Under the pieces are notes generated by a model. The model was not told the origin of the DNA. It worked only from the letters and a program-made list of their open reading frames with translations, and searched no databases. This document shows positions 1 to 12,268 of a DNA stretch of 64,000 bases, piece after piece. Source of the stretch: Balanoglossus misakiensis. Lineage: Eukaryota; Animalia; Hemichordata. Both the position numbers and the translations under genes were made by a program. Where the stretch lies: the NCBI GenBank assembly GCA_040954595.2, contig CM082583.2:12872987-12936986 (forward strand). Direction: 5' to 3'. Position 1 is the stretch's first letter. Every line of letters begins with the position of its first letter.

Positions 1-842
1 CCTTTCTGATCGTTTCATTATTCAAAATGTCTTAGCCATGTGCTATTTAGTGCTTGTAACCGGTCCAGGAAGTTTTCAAAGTCGCATTTTATACATATAT
101 TGTAATGGTCAGGAAAACTAAGTACTTTCTCAATGCCACGCCATCATTCAGACATTTAAAAAGAAGACGTACTTTCAGTGGGCGTAATATAAGTAAATGA
201 TTTATCTACAAAAAGCGGCACAGATTACTGGCCATTTAATCGGAGCGAGTAATATGTCGATTATAAGACTTCTTATATGCCGTTGTTGTAATGGTGACAA
301 GTTTTGGAAAATCGTGTGACGCCATTTTAAACCTAGCCACCGGAACACTTTTCTAAATTAAAGACACAAATAGCGGCGTACATGTCGAAGTGTATCACAC
401 ATCACTCAAAATCAGCCATGTCTTATTCAGCGAATTGATAAAGACAACAAAAATTAGACCTCATACGAAAGACAAATATCAGCCAATCATGGTGTAATGA
501 CTTTCAATAACTAGTATGTTGCTTTCTAATATCTTATTCATTTAGCCTCAGCAACATCCCAGCCACACCTACCCAAAACCTAATCAGAAAGTGCCCTTTC
601 TGAAACAGTTCACATGTCTTGGCCGTACGACATCGCACATATATTCAAATCTTATTTTCTCGTTTATTTTTTTAAATCGAGGTAAACAAAATGTCACATC
701 CAAATACATCGTTCACGTATTTGCTCAAATCGAAAGCAACTGCTTTAATTACTTGCGATTTGTATAGGCTTTGATTTGGAAAGAGTTGATTGGAAGAGAG
801 GCCTTGTGGAAAATCAAAAACCGATTTCTTGGCAGCCTGGCG

Positions 843-856
843 CCACTAGGTGGCGG
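843..856 (+). promoter_or_regulatory. CTCF-like core motif CCACTAGGTGGCGG
   Basis: Matches the bilaterian CTCF consensus CCASYAGRKGGCRS at all positions. Motif match only. Confidence 0.4.
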
Positions 857-3800
857 AGTTCATATCGCATGGCGCTGATATGTCTGCGCATGGGCCGTAC
901 GAAGCCATCGAGACAAAATTTCAGTGATGTAAGATTGTGTGTTGCGGAACCGCGTCCCATTAGTTTCAGGTTAACTCTATATACAAATGCACATGGAAGG
1001 TTCAAAGTACTGATCATTGTCAAATTCAGTACGCACAATCAGGCAATAGCAATTCCGAGAAAAACATTTCTTTTAATAGGAAAATGACAATTGCTTTCTG
1101 TCGGTGGCCCTGTTTGCACGCTGATTGACTTTTCACGCGCAAATGATATTCATTGGTCATTACTGTGCCCATTACCTCTTTCCTGTCATTGGAAGAGTTA
1201 TACACACGGCTCAATTTCTCTGAATATCACGGCGACCTTTTCGAACGGCTTCTTGTGTAAATGCGCAAACGGTATGCAATATATAATTTTGTGGTATATA
1301 ACATTCATTTGGAGAAGAAATATGCAATCAAAAATATGGTGTCACGAATCTCTTGAGCTGTACTTTAACCCGACCTACTTCTCCGGGAGAGTGGGATTCG
1401 ACACTCGGGGATGGCGGCTTTCGTGCGTGGCATTACAAAGTAAGTCTTTTGGAAGGTGAGTGCTTCGGCTTCAAATCACCTTTGGTAAGTAACACGGTTT
1501 CGCCGCTTCACATCAGACAGACTCACTCGCCGCAGGACCCGTCCTATTTATTCTAATGGACACGCGGGTTTTTTGAAGTTTGGCAATTTAGAGTGACTTC
1601 GGGGTTTAATATACGAAGGGCAGAGTGCCATCTTGGCTTTTGTGGCGGTCTACGGTGAATTTCGGTAAAAGACATGATCTGTGCACGTTTACAGCTATTT
1701 TTAAAAATCTTTCTTACCTGAATAGGTTTGTTATTATATCATGAAATTTCAAACAGCTAAATCTTCGAAAAGCGAACTCGATTGCAAAGAAATAAACGAC
1801 TCAGACACATGTCATAAGCATTCGCGTAAGCACGCATAATGTATTTCGACAAATTACTCCTAGAATACGTCAACTAGTCTCTAAAACATTACAACTGCAA
1901 TCGCACTAGTCTGTAGTCGAAAAAAAAAATTGAAATCGTAACTTAGATATCTTCAAAAAGCATCATTTACCATCATGTCTGATGTACCGTTAATTTGTAC
2001 GATGTGATAGTGTGACGCAAAGACTTCTCTTGCTCTAGTGGCATTTTCTTGAATAAACGTAACCTTTGAGAAAACGTTGGCATGGCAACGGAGGAAACGA
2101 AAATTGCTGACGATAATGATACCATGGCGCCGTAAGATTCACCACATAGGAATGCCGCGTCGATGATAATTCCGCTATTTATAAACATGTATAAGCTTAA
2201 TAGCAGTGGATGAAATCTAGCCCTGTCTATTTTATTGGCTACACGGCAAATTAACAGCCCAAAGAAATGCCTAAAACTGCCGACAAGAAGCATCTTACGG
2301 AGAAAATGGTAACCCCAAGAAAAGCAAATACGCCCGTTCGATTATTTCAAATTAAATTCGATAATGGTAATTGAATTTTTTTTTCAGACTGTCTTTTTTA
2401 AGTACTGGCACACGACTAGCATATTTCTGCCAATGGCAAAAGATTTCCTCGGTGAGATTCCACTCATTAAACCGTTTCAAGAGGAACTATATGTAGAGGT
2501 TCCCAGAAACTTGCACGCACGCAGCAGGGACGTTGAACGTGTTCAGGGATTGCGGCTCGGGCAAAAATGTATATTAAAAGTAAATACGTCATGATATTAC
2601 ACAAGTAACCTTATTGCCATGATATTTGCGCTTGGGGGCGTGTGTTCTGTTCTAGGGGAGATATTCCTCCTGTGAATCTAATTTGACACACAAAAGAAAA
2701 GTCTGCGTATTGAAGTTGACAGAAGCCCCCGCAGACACCAGTTTAATCCTTGACTCGTGGAATAACGTAATGCGTTGTTCCGAGCCTTGGGGCTTATTGG
2801 CTATAAATAGCCGACACGAAGCACTCCTGAGTTCGGGGAAAGTGACCTTCCGGGGTTGCTCAGTGTTCGCTCTCGTCCCAGAGTTCCATATAGAGTTTCC
2901 AATTAGCGACTGCAATTTCAACAGTCCTACGGCTAGACCATGGCAGAGATCACGTGGGGGTAGATGCACTCAGAAAGGTGAAATGAAAGACGCATATGTA
3001 TGCCGATGGTCTAATATTAAAAAATATTGCCAGTAAGTTTTGCATAAAGGCAAATATTCAAGGTGAACAAATAACGATGCAGACAATCTATTAAAGGGGA
3101 GGGTATCATAACTTGCAACCGGAGTTTGTATGTAATATGGGACTCCTGCATCTCAGTGGTAATGCGACGCTTGATGGGCTATTGCTAATCACCTGTTTTC
3201 CGTAGATAAATCCTAATATGGTCTTCCAGCGCGGTTTAACCGCACTCGCTGCATTTTAGCGGTGAACTTTCCTTGGCACTTTTCGCCAAGGGAGTTGATC
3301 GATCCCGTGAATCACGACTTTCATTCCCAAATTAGATTTTATTATGGCAAGGTTAAGTATATACTGTCTTTGTTAAGCACTTAGTATGTCGGCCATTGTC
3401 AAAAGGTCGGATATCTAACAGAGCCTCAAGGCTCACTACTTGACTTGCTTTCTTGTACGCCTTTTGCAAGCTCCAAAAATCAATCAGTGTTGCAAAAGGC
3501 TTCTTCTCGCACAAGAAACAACCGAATCACGACCGCATATACATGTAGCTACTGTATACCGCCGCCAGCATTTTTGGCATCACAGGTACTATATTCTGAG
3601 CTCTTGCATCGGCGTGATCCGTTGCAGGTTTCCAAGGTAACAACTTAACGTTCTGACGTCTTTGCTTCGTTGAGTTCATTTCAGTGTGTAAAAACGCACT
3701 TCAAGTACTGTATATTTTCTGCCAGACTTCTTTGGAGATTGATAAATCCGATCTTCAGTATATGATGGACTTCTTTCTCGCCGCGGCAAAATTTATCAGC

Positions 3801-4221
3801 AATTTGGTACAATTCGTTGAGTCGGTACATTCGGTGAACATCAAATTGTGATTTGCTGAAATCAAGTTAAGGATTTTCCTTCGCGATGAACACATCGTAA
3901 TATATTTTAAAAGGCCGGGCTACAGTTATTGTCAGTAGCAATAAAACTTGTTGCGCCCCCAAGAAACATGAATGGAGTGTTGTTCTAAAGAAGCATCGAC
4001 CACTATGCACACTCTGCATTGTTATGCAAATTGGCACCATTTTATCTTGGTATTTAAAGTTACGTTGGTCTAAATTAACTAATTTGAATATTAGCGCAAC
4101 ACATCTGCATGGCTTTCTAGGTTTTTTCCTTCTCTACACGTGTCGACATTTGCGAACGTCTCGACACGCCGTGTTTCCTAATTCGCCTCGTCAAAACAAG
4201 AAGTCGACCGTGAAGAAGAAG

Positions 4222-5841
4222 ATGTCCTCTTTTTGGCTGAACAGACGATGTATTGTGGCTTCTCTGACCAAGCACCGAGTGGTTATCGTTCTGACGGTCT
4301 TGCTGGCTCTGGCGTGTCTCACCATTTTTCGCCAAACAGGTGAGTCGAATTTGGGACGGCGGCTTCTGAGCTCCACGCTCTCTGTTCTGAGCGTCCATTA
4401 CATTGTATACAGTAGTTTCCCCCTCAACGTTTCTTGTTTCAGACTTTGAAGATCGCGTCGACCCCTCTTGTACCCGCTCGATCAGTGCTGGTATACTTTT
4501 CCCCTTCAAACACACCTGAAATCATGTATTTTATTTTACCACAATTGCAACATTCTGGCGATTTCAGTGAAGCTTGACATGGTGTAGACCGGTGGGGGGC
4601 AGATAGGTTTATATTATGGTGCATAGAATGTGAACTCTAAGAGCGGCGTTACATGCAACAAAATGTTCCGTAGTTTGGTCAACAACATTTGATTCTGTTC
4701 CCCTCACCTCTAGCCTCAGATGTTCAGACTGCACCAGAAGATCACAAACAATCCTGGCATCATAATGTGATCAGATCCATTATGCGAAGTGTAAGTAAAT
4801 GTTGTTTTGAATATTAATGCCTTGATTGGACATGTCTCGTAACTATTTTATTATCTGAACGACAGAATACCGACAAAGAAAACCTCTTCTGGTTGTTTTG
4901 TTTCGTTGAGGAGGCGTCGGGGTCATTATTATGTTGCTGATGCTGACGCACTATTTCCGGTCAGTATCAATTTTTCGCCGCCATCTTGTTTAATTAAGGT
5001 AACAAGGAATAGCGACCCCTACCGACGAAGGTTGGAAAGAGTTAACGACGTCTGCGAAGAGGAAATATCGGACGAAATCGCCGAAAGCAGCGCCCGCCAT
5101 GCACTGGGACGAATCCTAGTCGACCCGGTTCGGAAGTTAATGTATTGCGAGGTGGAGAAGGCTGCCAGCACAAACATTTTGAGAGTGCTGGACATACTCG
5201 ATGGCGAATACAAACCTGAGAACATCAATTTTTCGGCCAATCCTCGGAAACGACAGGGCTCCGTGTATAAGAAACTGTCTCAGTACAACAAGACAGAACG
5301 GTACAGACTGATGGAGGAAGGGTACACGAAGTTCATGTTCGTTCGTCACCCGTTTTCCCGCCTTGTGTCTTGCTTCGTCGACAAGGTTGTCCAGAGCCCG
5401 GATGACAACTTTCTCAGTGTTGTCTTGAGAAAAGTCAGAGCTACCACGGGTGCCAGTTTGAACGCAACAACGCTAACTTTTCAGGAATTTGCTGATTACT
5501 TGATGCAAGTCGAAGACGTTAATCAGATGGGCACGCACTACCGACCGATCTACGCACTTTGCGCGCCTTGTGTCATCAAATACGACTTCATAGGAAAGTT
5601 TGAAGCACTGCCTACCGACGCGACATACATAATGAGAAAAATCGGCGCCTACTTCGGGTTTCCGAGCTTCGTTCCACACTCGACTAACAGTTCGGCCAAG
5701 AAAAATATTCTGAAGTATTTTTCCTTGTTATCGTTTGAGCAGATAAAGGCTCTCTATCAACTTTACGAATACGATTTCAAACTCTTTGGGTATTCTATTC
5801 CAGACTATTTCACATCTTTGAATGAGAGTAGTTTCATATGA
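4222..5841 (+). CDS. Carbohydrate sulfotransferase (Sulfotransfer_2 / HNK-1ST family, CHST11-like), type II Golgi membrane protein, ~345 aa; join(4222..4339,4714..4790,4999..5841)
   Basis: Exon 1 encodes a short basic tail plus a TM helix (MSSFWLNRRCIVASLTKHRVVIVLTVLLALACLTIF) and ends AG|GTGAGT. Exon 2 (77 nt) is flanked by ctctag and gtaagt and stays in frame. Exon 3 starts after taattaag in the frame of ORF 4906..5841. It carries a 5'-PSB-like motif (YCEVEKAASTN), the 3'-PB motif (FMFVRHPFSRLVSCF-DK), HYRP..LCAPCVIKYDFIGKFE and the C-terminal LYQLYEYDFKLFGY motif typical of CHST8-14. AATAAA at 6088-6093. Confidence 0.92.
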
Positions 5842-7960
5842 AAAAAAAATCATAAAAAAGTTTCAAGTGTGATCAAAGGAAGTGCTTTAAAATTTGCAGA
5901 AAGTATGATTTTTGTTGTTTGATTACATTTTTCTGCTTCGTATTTTGACGTTAATTTTACGATGATAATCATTGATGGGTGCATAACTATTTTATAATCG
6001 TAATAGAATAAGACACTGCTTATCGTTTTAGTTTTCATAATTTTGATTTAATTATGACTAAATTTGTAACGACACACGATATAAGAAAATAAAACGCTCA
6101 AGATTTTGACCGGCTTTGAAAGGAACCGCCAATCAGCTACTTACATGTAGTGCACGTTATCTTCATAAACTAGGGCTGTAGACAGATTCCTGTAAAATTT
6201 TGTCATGTAGCCATTTTATTCAAATTCGGTTGTTACACAGCAGTTTTCAAACAATGCACCCCGCTAACAATACTCCAGAGCAAATTGTTTATTCGATTAC
6301 CTGCCCCGGGTGTGATAGTCTGGATGTTTCTCAGGCTAACCGTCAAAATACCGATTCTACGCGCGTGTTTTACCTCTTTATGAACAAAAACTTATAAAAT
6401 GTGTTTTTGTTACCATCAAATTTACGTCCAGAACTGCCTCGCCACCGGCAAGAACAAACAACATCGAGCGATAAACAAGTTAAAGAGGCGAAGACCTGCA
6501 GTAAATGCGAAACAGCGCACGCATGCGACGCTCCAGCTTGCCGGGGGCATAAATTCAAACTAAGTCTAGGCACGGATTTAGGAGCTTCTGGGCTGTCGCG
6601 TCTTGTTTTGATGACGCACGCGATTAAATCCCGGTTCAATAACTATTTCGGTCGATTCAAATGAACTCCCGTCATTTTACAGACGACTTTAACACGAAAT
6701 CCCTAATCGGATAATCTCACATGAGTAGCTCGCTTTCACTGCAGCCGCACCGCATAGCGTAAATACGTGATTTTAGAGTTGTTCACATAGCTATTGACGC
6801 ACATTTATATAAATGTTTATGATATTGACTGTGATTATCATGATTCTACTTGTTTGAGAGGGTGACCAAGACAAACGCGGTATTAATGAAAAGTTAATTG
6901 CGTGTAATGAAACCAACTTAGCTCTTTAATATTCTCTCACAGCTTGAACCAAGGTATGTGTCGTTAGATTTTCAGTTGGACGTTTTCTCCTTTTGTCGGC
7001 TCACAGAATACTTCAAGCTACTTATACTCTCAGATTATCACCACATAAGGAAATTAAAGATTTTGAGGTAAAAAGGTAGTAAAACTGAACAATAACAGTC
7101 ATGACGAGCTTGGTGAGAAGGACTCTGGTAATTCCCCGGCCGGTCGCATGCCACTGAATACCACCCCATCCTCCCCCAATAATTCCCCGGATATATCCCT
7201 GTGGACCCCGCCACACTCTTTCACACAATTCAAAGATTAACAAATCTGACGAATGTAGTCACTGTATCGTATAAGCGGAATAGTCATAAACGTGATACAG
7301 ATTTCACAAAAGGTAAAATAGACACAACGTATGAAAAGGCACATATTTCATAATTTTAGAAAACACTGCATTCCAACCGTTTGCAAATGACATCGGTGCT
7401 TCATTTGAATAAAAAATTGAGCAGACAATATTAATTGGAATGCGAAAATGGGGAAGCGAATTTCACAGAACCTCACTTCCATAATTATTCTTTTGCACAT
7501 TTATATATTTGCTTGTTGTATAAATACAAGTTATTTAGAAAATGTAAACAATGTAAATACACATGCGCTGTGTGGACTTAAATTGCCTTGATCTGAAGTA
7601 ATAAATATCTTGGTGAATTTGACTGTTTCACCACAGGTGGCGCACTAGGCTTCTCTGGCCATGACTACAAAATTCTTCTTTTCGACTAATGTTCACGACG
7701 AAGAATACACACATAGCTATGTACAGTGCACTGTTGAGTTCATGATCTACTATAAGAACGATGTATTTTTTGCCATTCACGTATTTATAAAATTCCGACT
7801 TTTTACCGTGGAAAATGGCTTGTTCGTTTGTACAGTTACCCCGACGAGCGTTTAAGCCGTTTCCCGTTGAAGTGAATGTAATAAGGATGTTTTACGGCTT
7901 GGTCATGTGCATGGGGTTAATTTTCACACATTCCCCCAACGTGATTAGTGGCGACGTTAC

Positions 7961-10900
7961 TCAAGATTTGAACCAGTTTGCGCTGCTCGCTCCAAAGTAG
8001 AGGGCCAACAGGAACCCCGTCAAAATGCTAAACAGCATCACGCAGAACAGGATCAGGTAAAACCTGTCGATGATCTTCGCCACATCCCGCCACTCCTGCA
8101 CGCGTTTCCTCTGCACGAGGGTCTCGTCTTCCGGCAGGTCGTCGACTGGGAGTGCTTTGGGAGTCTTCTGGTCGTCTGCGACGAACTTCACGGCGCACAG
8201 GCTGCCGTTTTCCGCACTCTGCGCATTTGGACACTCGACAAAATTGTTCTGCTCAACGTTGACCATCTGCGGTGGGTTGGCGGCCGAAGCCAGGCCATAA
8301 CTTTTACCGTTGCAGTATCGCGTGCACCTGCAACAGCGCGTGTGCATACACGTGATCTTGGTCAGGTACACGAACGCCAGTTTCCTCAGCCATGGAGGCA
8401 CGGCCTCGCAGTTTGGGCCCTGGAAGTGCATGTGTAGGGTACATGCAGTCACCACGGCAGAGAAGATGACCAAACCGATCAATATGAAGAAATAGATTTC
8501 TGTGAGGGAAAGCAAGCGAAAAAAATCTATAAATTAGGCGAAACATAGTCAAGAAAACTACAAAAGATGAAAGTTACTCACAGTTCTTCACTCGATTCAC
8601 CGGCCGGGCCAGAAAGAAGGAATCATACTTACGAAGTTTTGGTATGAATTCCGAATTGGGAGGCATGAATTCATTGACGATCGTCAGGAACACGAACTGA
8701 GCCAGGATGCTGGTGACACACAGAGTGACTCTCTCACCGGAGTCGGAAGGCAGGTAGAATCCCACGGCGACCAGAATGCAAGCGAGGAACGACGGGAATA
8801 TGATGTTAAAAATGTAGTACATGGACCTCCGCCTGACGTGGATGGTGTAGGTGATGTCCGGGAAGGGGTCCGGACAGCAGACGTAGTACTTCATCTGGCG
8901 CACGATTGGCATGTGCACCAGCTCCCACTCGCCGTTGGTGATGAAGCGGTCGGTGTTGCTAGCCGAGCTGATGGTCATGTCCATGAACTTGCCGTCGTAG
9001 CTCCAGGAGGCGAACTTCAGCTGACACTGCTGCTCGTCGAACGGGAAGAAGGAGACGTCGATGCCACAGGTGGCGCGCAGCACGAATGGCTGCAGCGCCG
9101 TCACGTTGCCGTCGTAGGTGATGATGGCGTCCGTGTCGAAGTGCCGCTTGAACTCGTCCTCGACGCTGCAGGGGGGGGGGGGGCAAGGGGTAACGACGTC
9201 AGCATTTTGTGTCGACACATGCTCTGGTTGCATGTTGGTTGCGAAAATTATCAGATTTTTGACGTTTATTTTAAAATCTAAAATGCACTGTAATTTCATT
9301 TACTGTGTTATGGACGGACTTACCTGCCAAAAAGTACTATGTCCGGCTGCCAGATTTCAACGATGGGGATATGTGTCTGTGTTACTCCGCCATAGTTGAC
9401 CGGATCCCACACAAGATAATCATCTCGCCATGTCTGGAGAATAAAATAGTCAATATATAACCACTTTACACTACATAAATTTGTTTAACTATATTGGGTA
9501 TATTAGGCTATTGAAAATGGGACAGCAGTCGCAGGGTTTAAATTTTTGTTTGAATGTTCAGTCCAAATCATTTTTAATATTTGACACAATGAACATATGG
9601 CGCAATCGTTCATACTGTTTGCATTTGTAAGACAAACACTGTACAGTAATTCGTCATTTGAAGTTTGAGCTGTTACGGGGGCGGTAAAATGAACCCTCTT
9701 GATTTTCTTGGTTGGGGGGGGGGGGGTAAATAATAGAGATGAAACGTTTTGAAAGACCGCTTCCCACACTCCCGCACTGACTTAAAGTAAGACGGCAAGA
9801 CGTTACAGATAATCTTTCAATAGACTGACCATATTGTACTCACCTGGCCAAGCCAGCACTTGATGGATATAATTTGGTTCTTCTCGTCCTTTGAAAACAA
9901 AGAAGCAAATATACCCTCTTTAAACAAAACTGCGCTCGTCGGCGAATTTATACTTGCCGTTTACAACTACCGTGGGTTATTCGGTGGAAATTAAAAAAGA
10001 TAACCGTCATAATCGTGGGAGACAAAATGCCTGGAATTTTCAAAGGACGATCGCATTTCTTAACTTAACGCCAATGTCACAGAATGTTAGGGTTAATGAC
10101 TTTAACAGTTGTTCGTTGGATAAGTTTAGAACAGATCATATGCACACAAATTTACGAGATCTGATGATAAATGCCGAACTTCAGTGTCACAGCTGTACAA
10201 TATTTATGAATGTAACTAAATACACGGAGAAAATTCAATTTGCGCAATGATGCACGCGTGGTCGGCGGATTAAACATTCAGTCAACTTTCCTCGGAATTT
10301 AGTTCATGTGAGGTATCGTTAGCGTTTTACCAAACGTACGTTCAACATCCATGGGTGACCTGCCGAAAGTTTGTAACGAGAACGGGCTATTCAATAACTT
10401 GTATATTATAAATATACATGAGCATAATGTGAGCCCCCCTCCCCCACGTATATGTTTGAATATAGCCACGCATGCGCTGATCAATACTCGAGACTACCTG
10501 TCGACTACTTACTATGTCAAGCATCTGTATCGGTGTGAGTCGATGGTCCACGATGATCGGCTTTGATTCATTGTTCACCGGCCTGACGTGATATTCCGGG
10601 TAGCCTGCCATCAGATCACGCACCAAGTCAGCCCCTTCCTTTGACGAAATCACGTGACCTGCAAGCAAACGCCATGAAATATTAATTACTATTCATAATC
10701 ATATTATTTCGATGGTCATAAAAAATGTGTTAATTATTCCGTTCAATTAGGCGCGTTCTGGATACACAGTGAACTCACTTTGTAACACTTCCTCATTTAT
10801 TTAGCTCTGTCGTAATTGACTCTTTTACTTTAGTATATTGACGTTAAATGGCTGGTGATTTGTAAGGGGTTTACGCCCGAACAGGCAAATATTGACGGAC

Positions 10901-12268
10901 CGATAGTGTGTTTTATGTGGAATGCGTGTGTGTCAGTTGTTGGTGGGTGGTTGTTTGACGACTTTCAAATGCACTGCGTCGGTCAGGCCTCGTCATTTGT
11001 AAAACCCCTACAAGCGTCAAGCATTGAAGCAAAACTATGCATAATGTAATCCCTTTGTGGTAAAAAAATACAGATGTTATCGCCAGACTGTTACAAACTG
11101 TTCCCAAAGCAATGCACATATAATGATGAAGTTTGCAACTCTGTGTTTTTCGGCAGGAAAAGAATCGTGTTAGTAGATGAAAACGAAAGTAAAGGTAATT
11201 CCCATTTGGTGTATACCACCCGGTCAAACCTCCCCCGCAGCAACCATTGCCCGCATGTCGGTAGAATTAGAACTGTTGTGCTAATGTAATTAACTCTGGA
11301 TGTGGGTGTTAGACATGACTTACAAAAGAATTAATGATCCACGTGTTTTAATTAGTCACCGTAGGAGCGTACCCCGTTATTAACACATATAGTGGTGAAT
11401 ATTTAATTTATCGCTCAGCTTACTAGCTAAAATGTACGGCACATATTCATAGTCAGATTTATAGAGATGTCAGATCAACCATGGACATTTGAAACGTTTC
11501 ACGTTTTAGTAGCTTAGGGACTGGTCAGTTTCTTCGGTCGGGGAGGGGGGAGTCTGGATTTTATTCTCCCCAAAATGAGACGGGAAGTAGAGACCACCGG
11601 GCAGCATTCAAATTATTTAATTGGGAAATTGACATTTGAAAACGTTTATAACGTACCTGACATTCCTCAATGGAATTGAATAGCTGTCGCTTATATTCAA
11701 TCAGCTTTTCATTGCTTGGTGAAAGTCATTAAGGCCTTATTCAATTATGAAGAGTGAGGAAAAGTGATCGGTGATCGTTACTCCTAGTAAAGAATCTATT
11801 CTGAGGCTAGACAAGCAAAGACATTTTTCTCTAAAATGAAAAGCGCAAAAGATCATGCAGAATCACATCCAATGCGTGATTACGTGCTGAGCAGACATAC
11901 GCAGTATACTTATAGATTGATCCAACCTGGAAACATTTCGATTATCGCTGAAGTACTATACCAGCTCCCATTCTCGCTAGATTCTAAAGAGCCTTGGGAT
12001 CAAGGGTCTTTTGAATCGTTTCGAATAACATCATTTTTTACGAGCAGAAATCGTGGCTATTTATCACTGCAAAAAATGAAAGGCTGTAAGCGACAGACGT
12101 CGCTCCAGCGAAATCCAGTGACGCAAACAATCGATAAATCGCTGGTAGGCCGCTAACATGCAGATTGACACCTGTAGGCATCCTAAAGAAAGTCAGTTGG
12201 ACGTGAAAAAAGTACTTACCGAAAAGGTAGGCAAGGAGGATGAGTGAATACAACGCAGCGTTGTGCAT
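7961..12268 (-). CDS. Nicotinic acetylcholine receptor alpha subunit A (alpha9/alpha10-like Cys-loop channel), ~473 aa; complement(join(7961..8499,8633..9165,9324..9433,9844..9888,10513..10658,12220..12268))
   Basis: Six GT-AG exons splice into one open frame. Signal peptide MHNAALYSLILLAYLFGHVIS; YHVRPVNN; DEKNQ; WQPDIVL; Cys-loop CGIDVSFFPFDEQQC; loop B SWSYDG; vicinal cysteines YVCCPDP (alpha-type); M1-M2 linker LPSDSGER; M3; WRDVAKIIDRF then M4. Confidence 0.95.

Noticed and set aside
1381-1420. tRNA/SINE-like B-box (GGGATTCGACAC) in a small hairpin
   Set aside because: I could not build a cloverleaf or find an A-box at suitable spacing.
2796-2812. TATA/MEF2-like CTATAAATAG as the CHST promoter
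   Set aside because: A short motif 1.4 kb upstream of the ATG with no independent support for a TSS.
1-4000. Short ORFs in the first 4 kb and in the 12.3-33 kb spacer/intron
   Set aside because: No domain similarity, coding-like composition or chain of in-phase splice sites that I could recognise.
4906-4998. N-terminal part of ORF 4906..5841 (MRRRRGH...) as the true start
   Set aside because: It has a non-ATG start and lies upstream of the acceptor at 4997-4998. The TM-encoding exon at 4222 provides the expected type II N-terminus.
8838-9281. Antisense and alternative-frame ORFs over nAChR exons (also 35047-35391, 35154-35486, 8028-8300)
   Set aside because: Shadow ORFs caused by high GC3 in the real coding frame; no recognisable protein features.
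11513-11555. Possible MITE terminus (TTAGGGACTGGTCAGTTTCTTCGG followed by a G-run)
   Set aside because: I found no matching inverted terminus or target-site duplication in the window.
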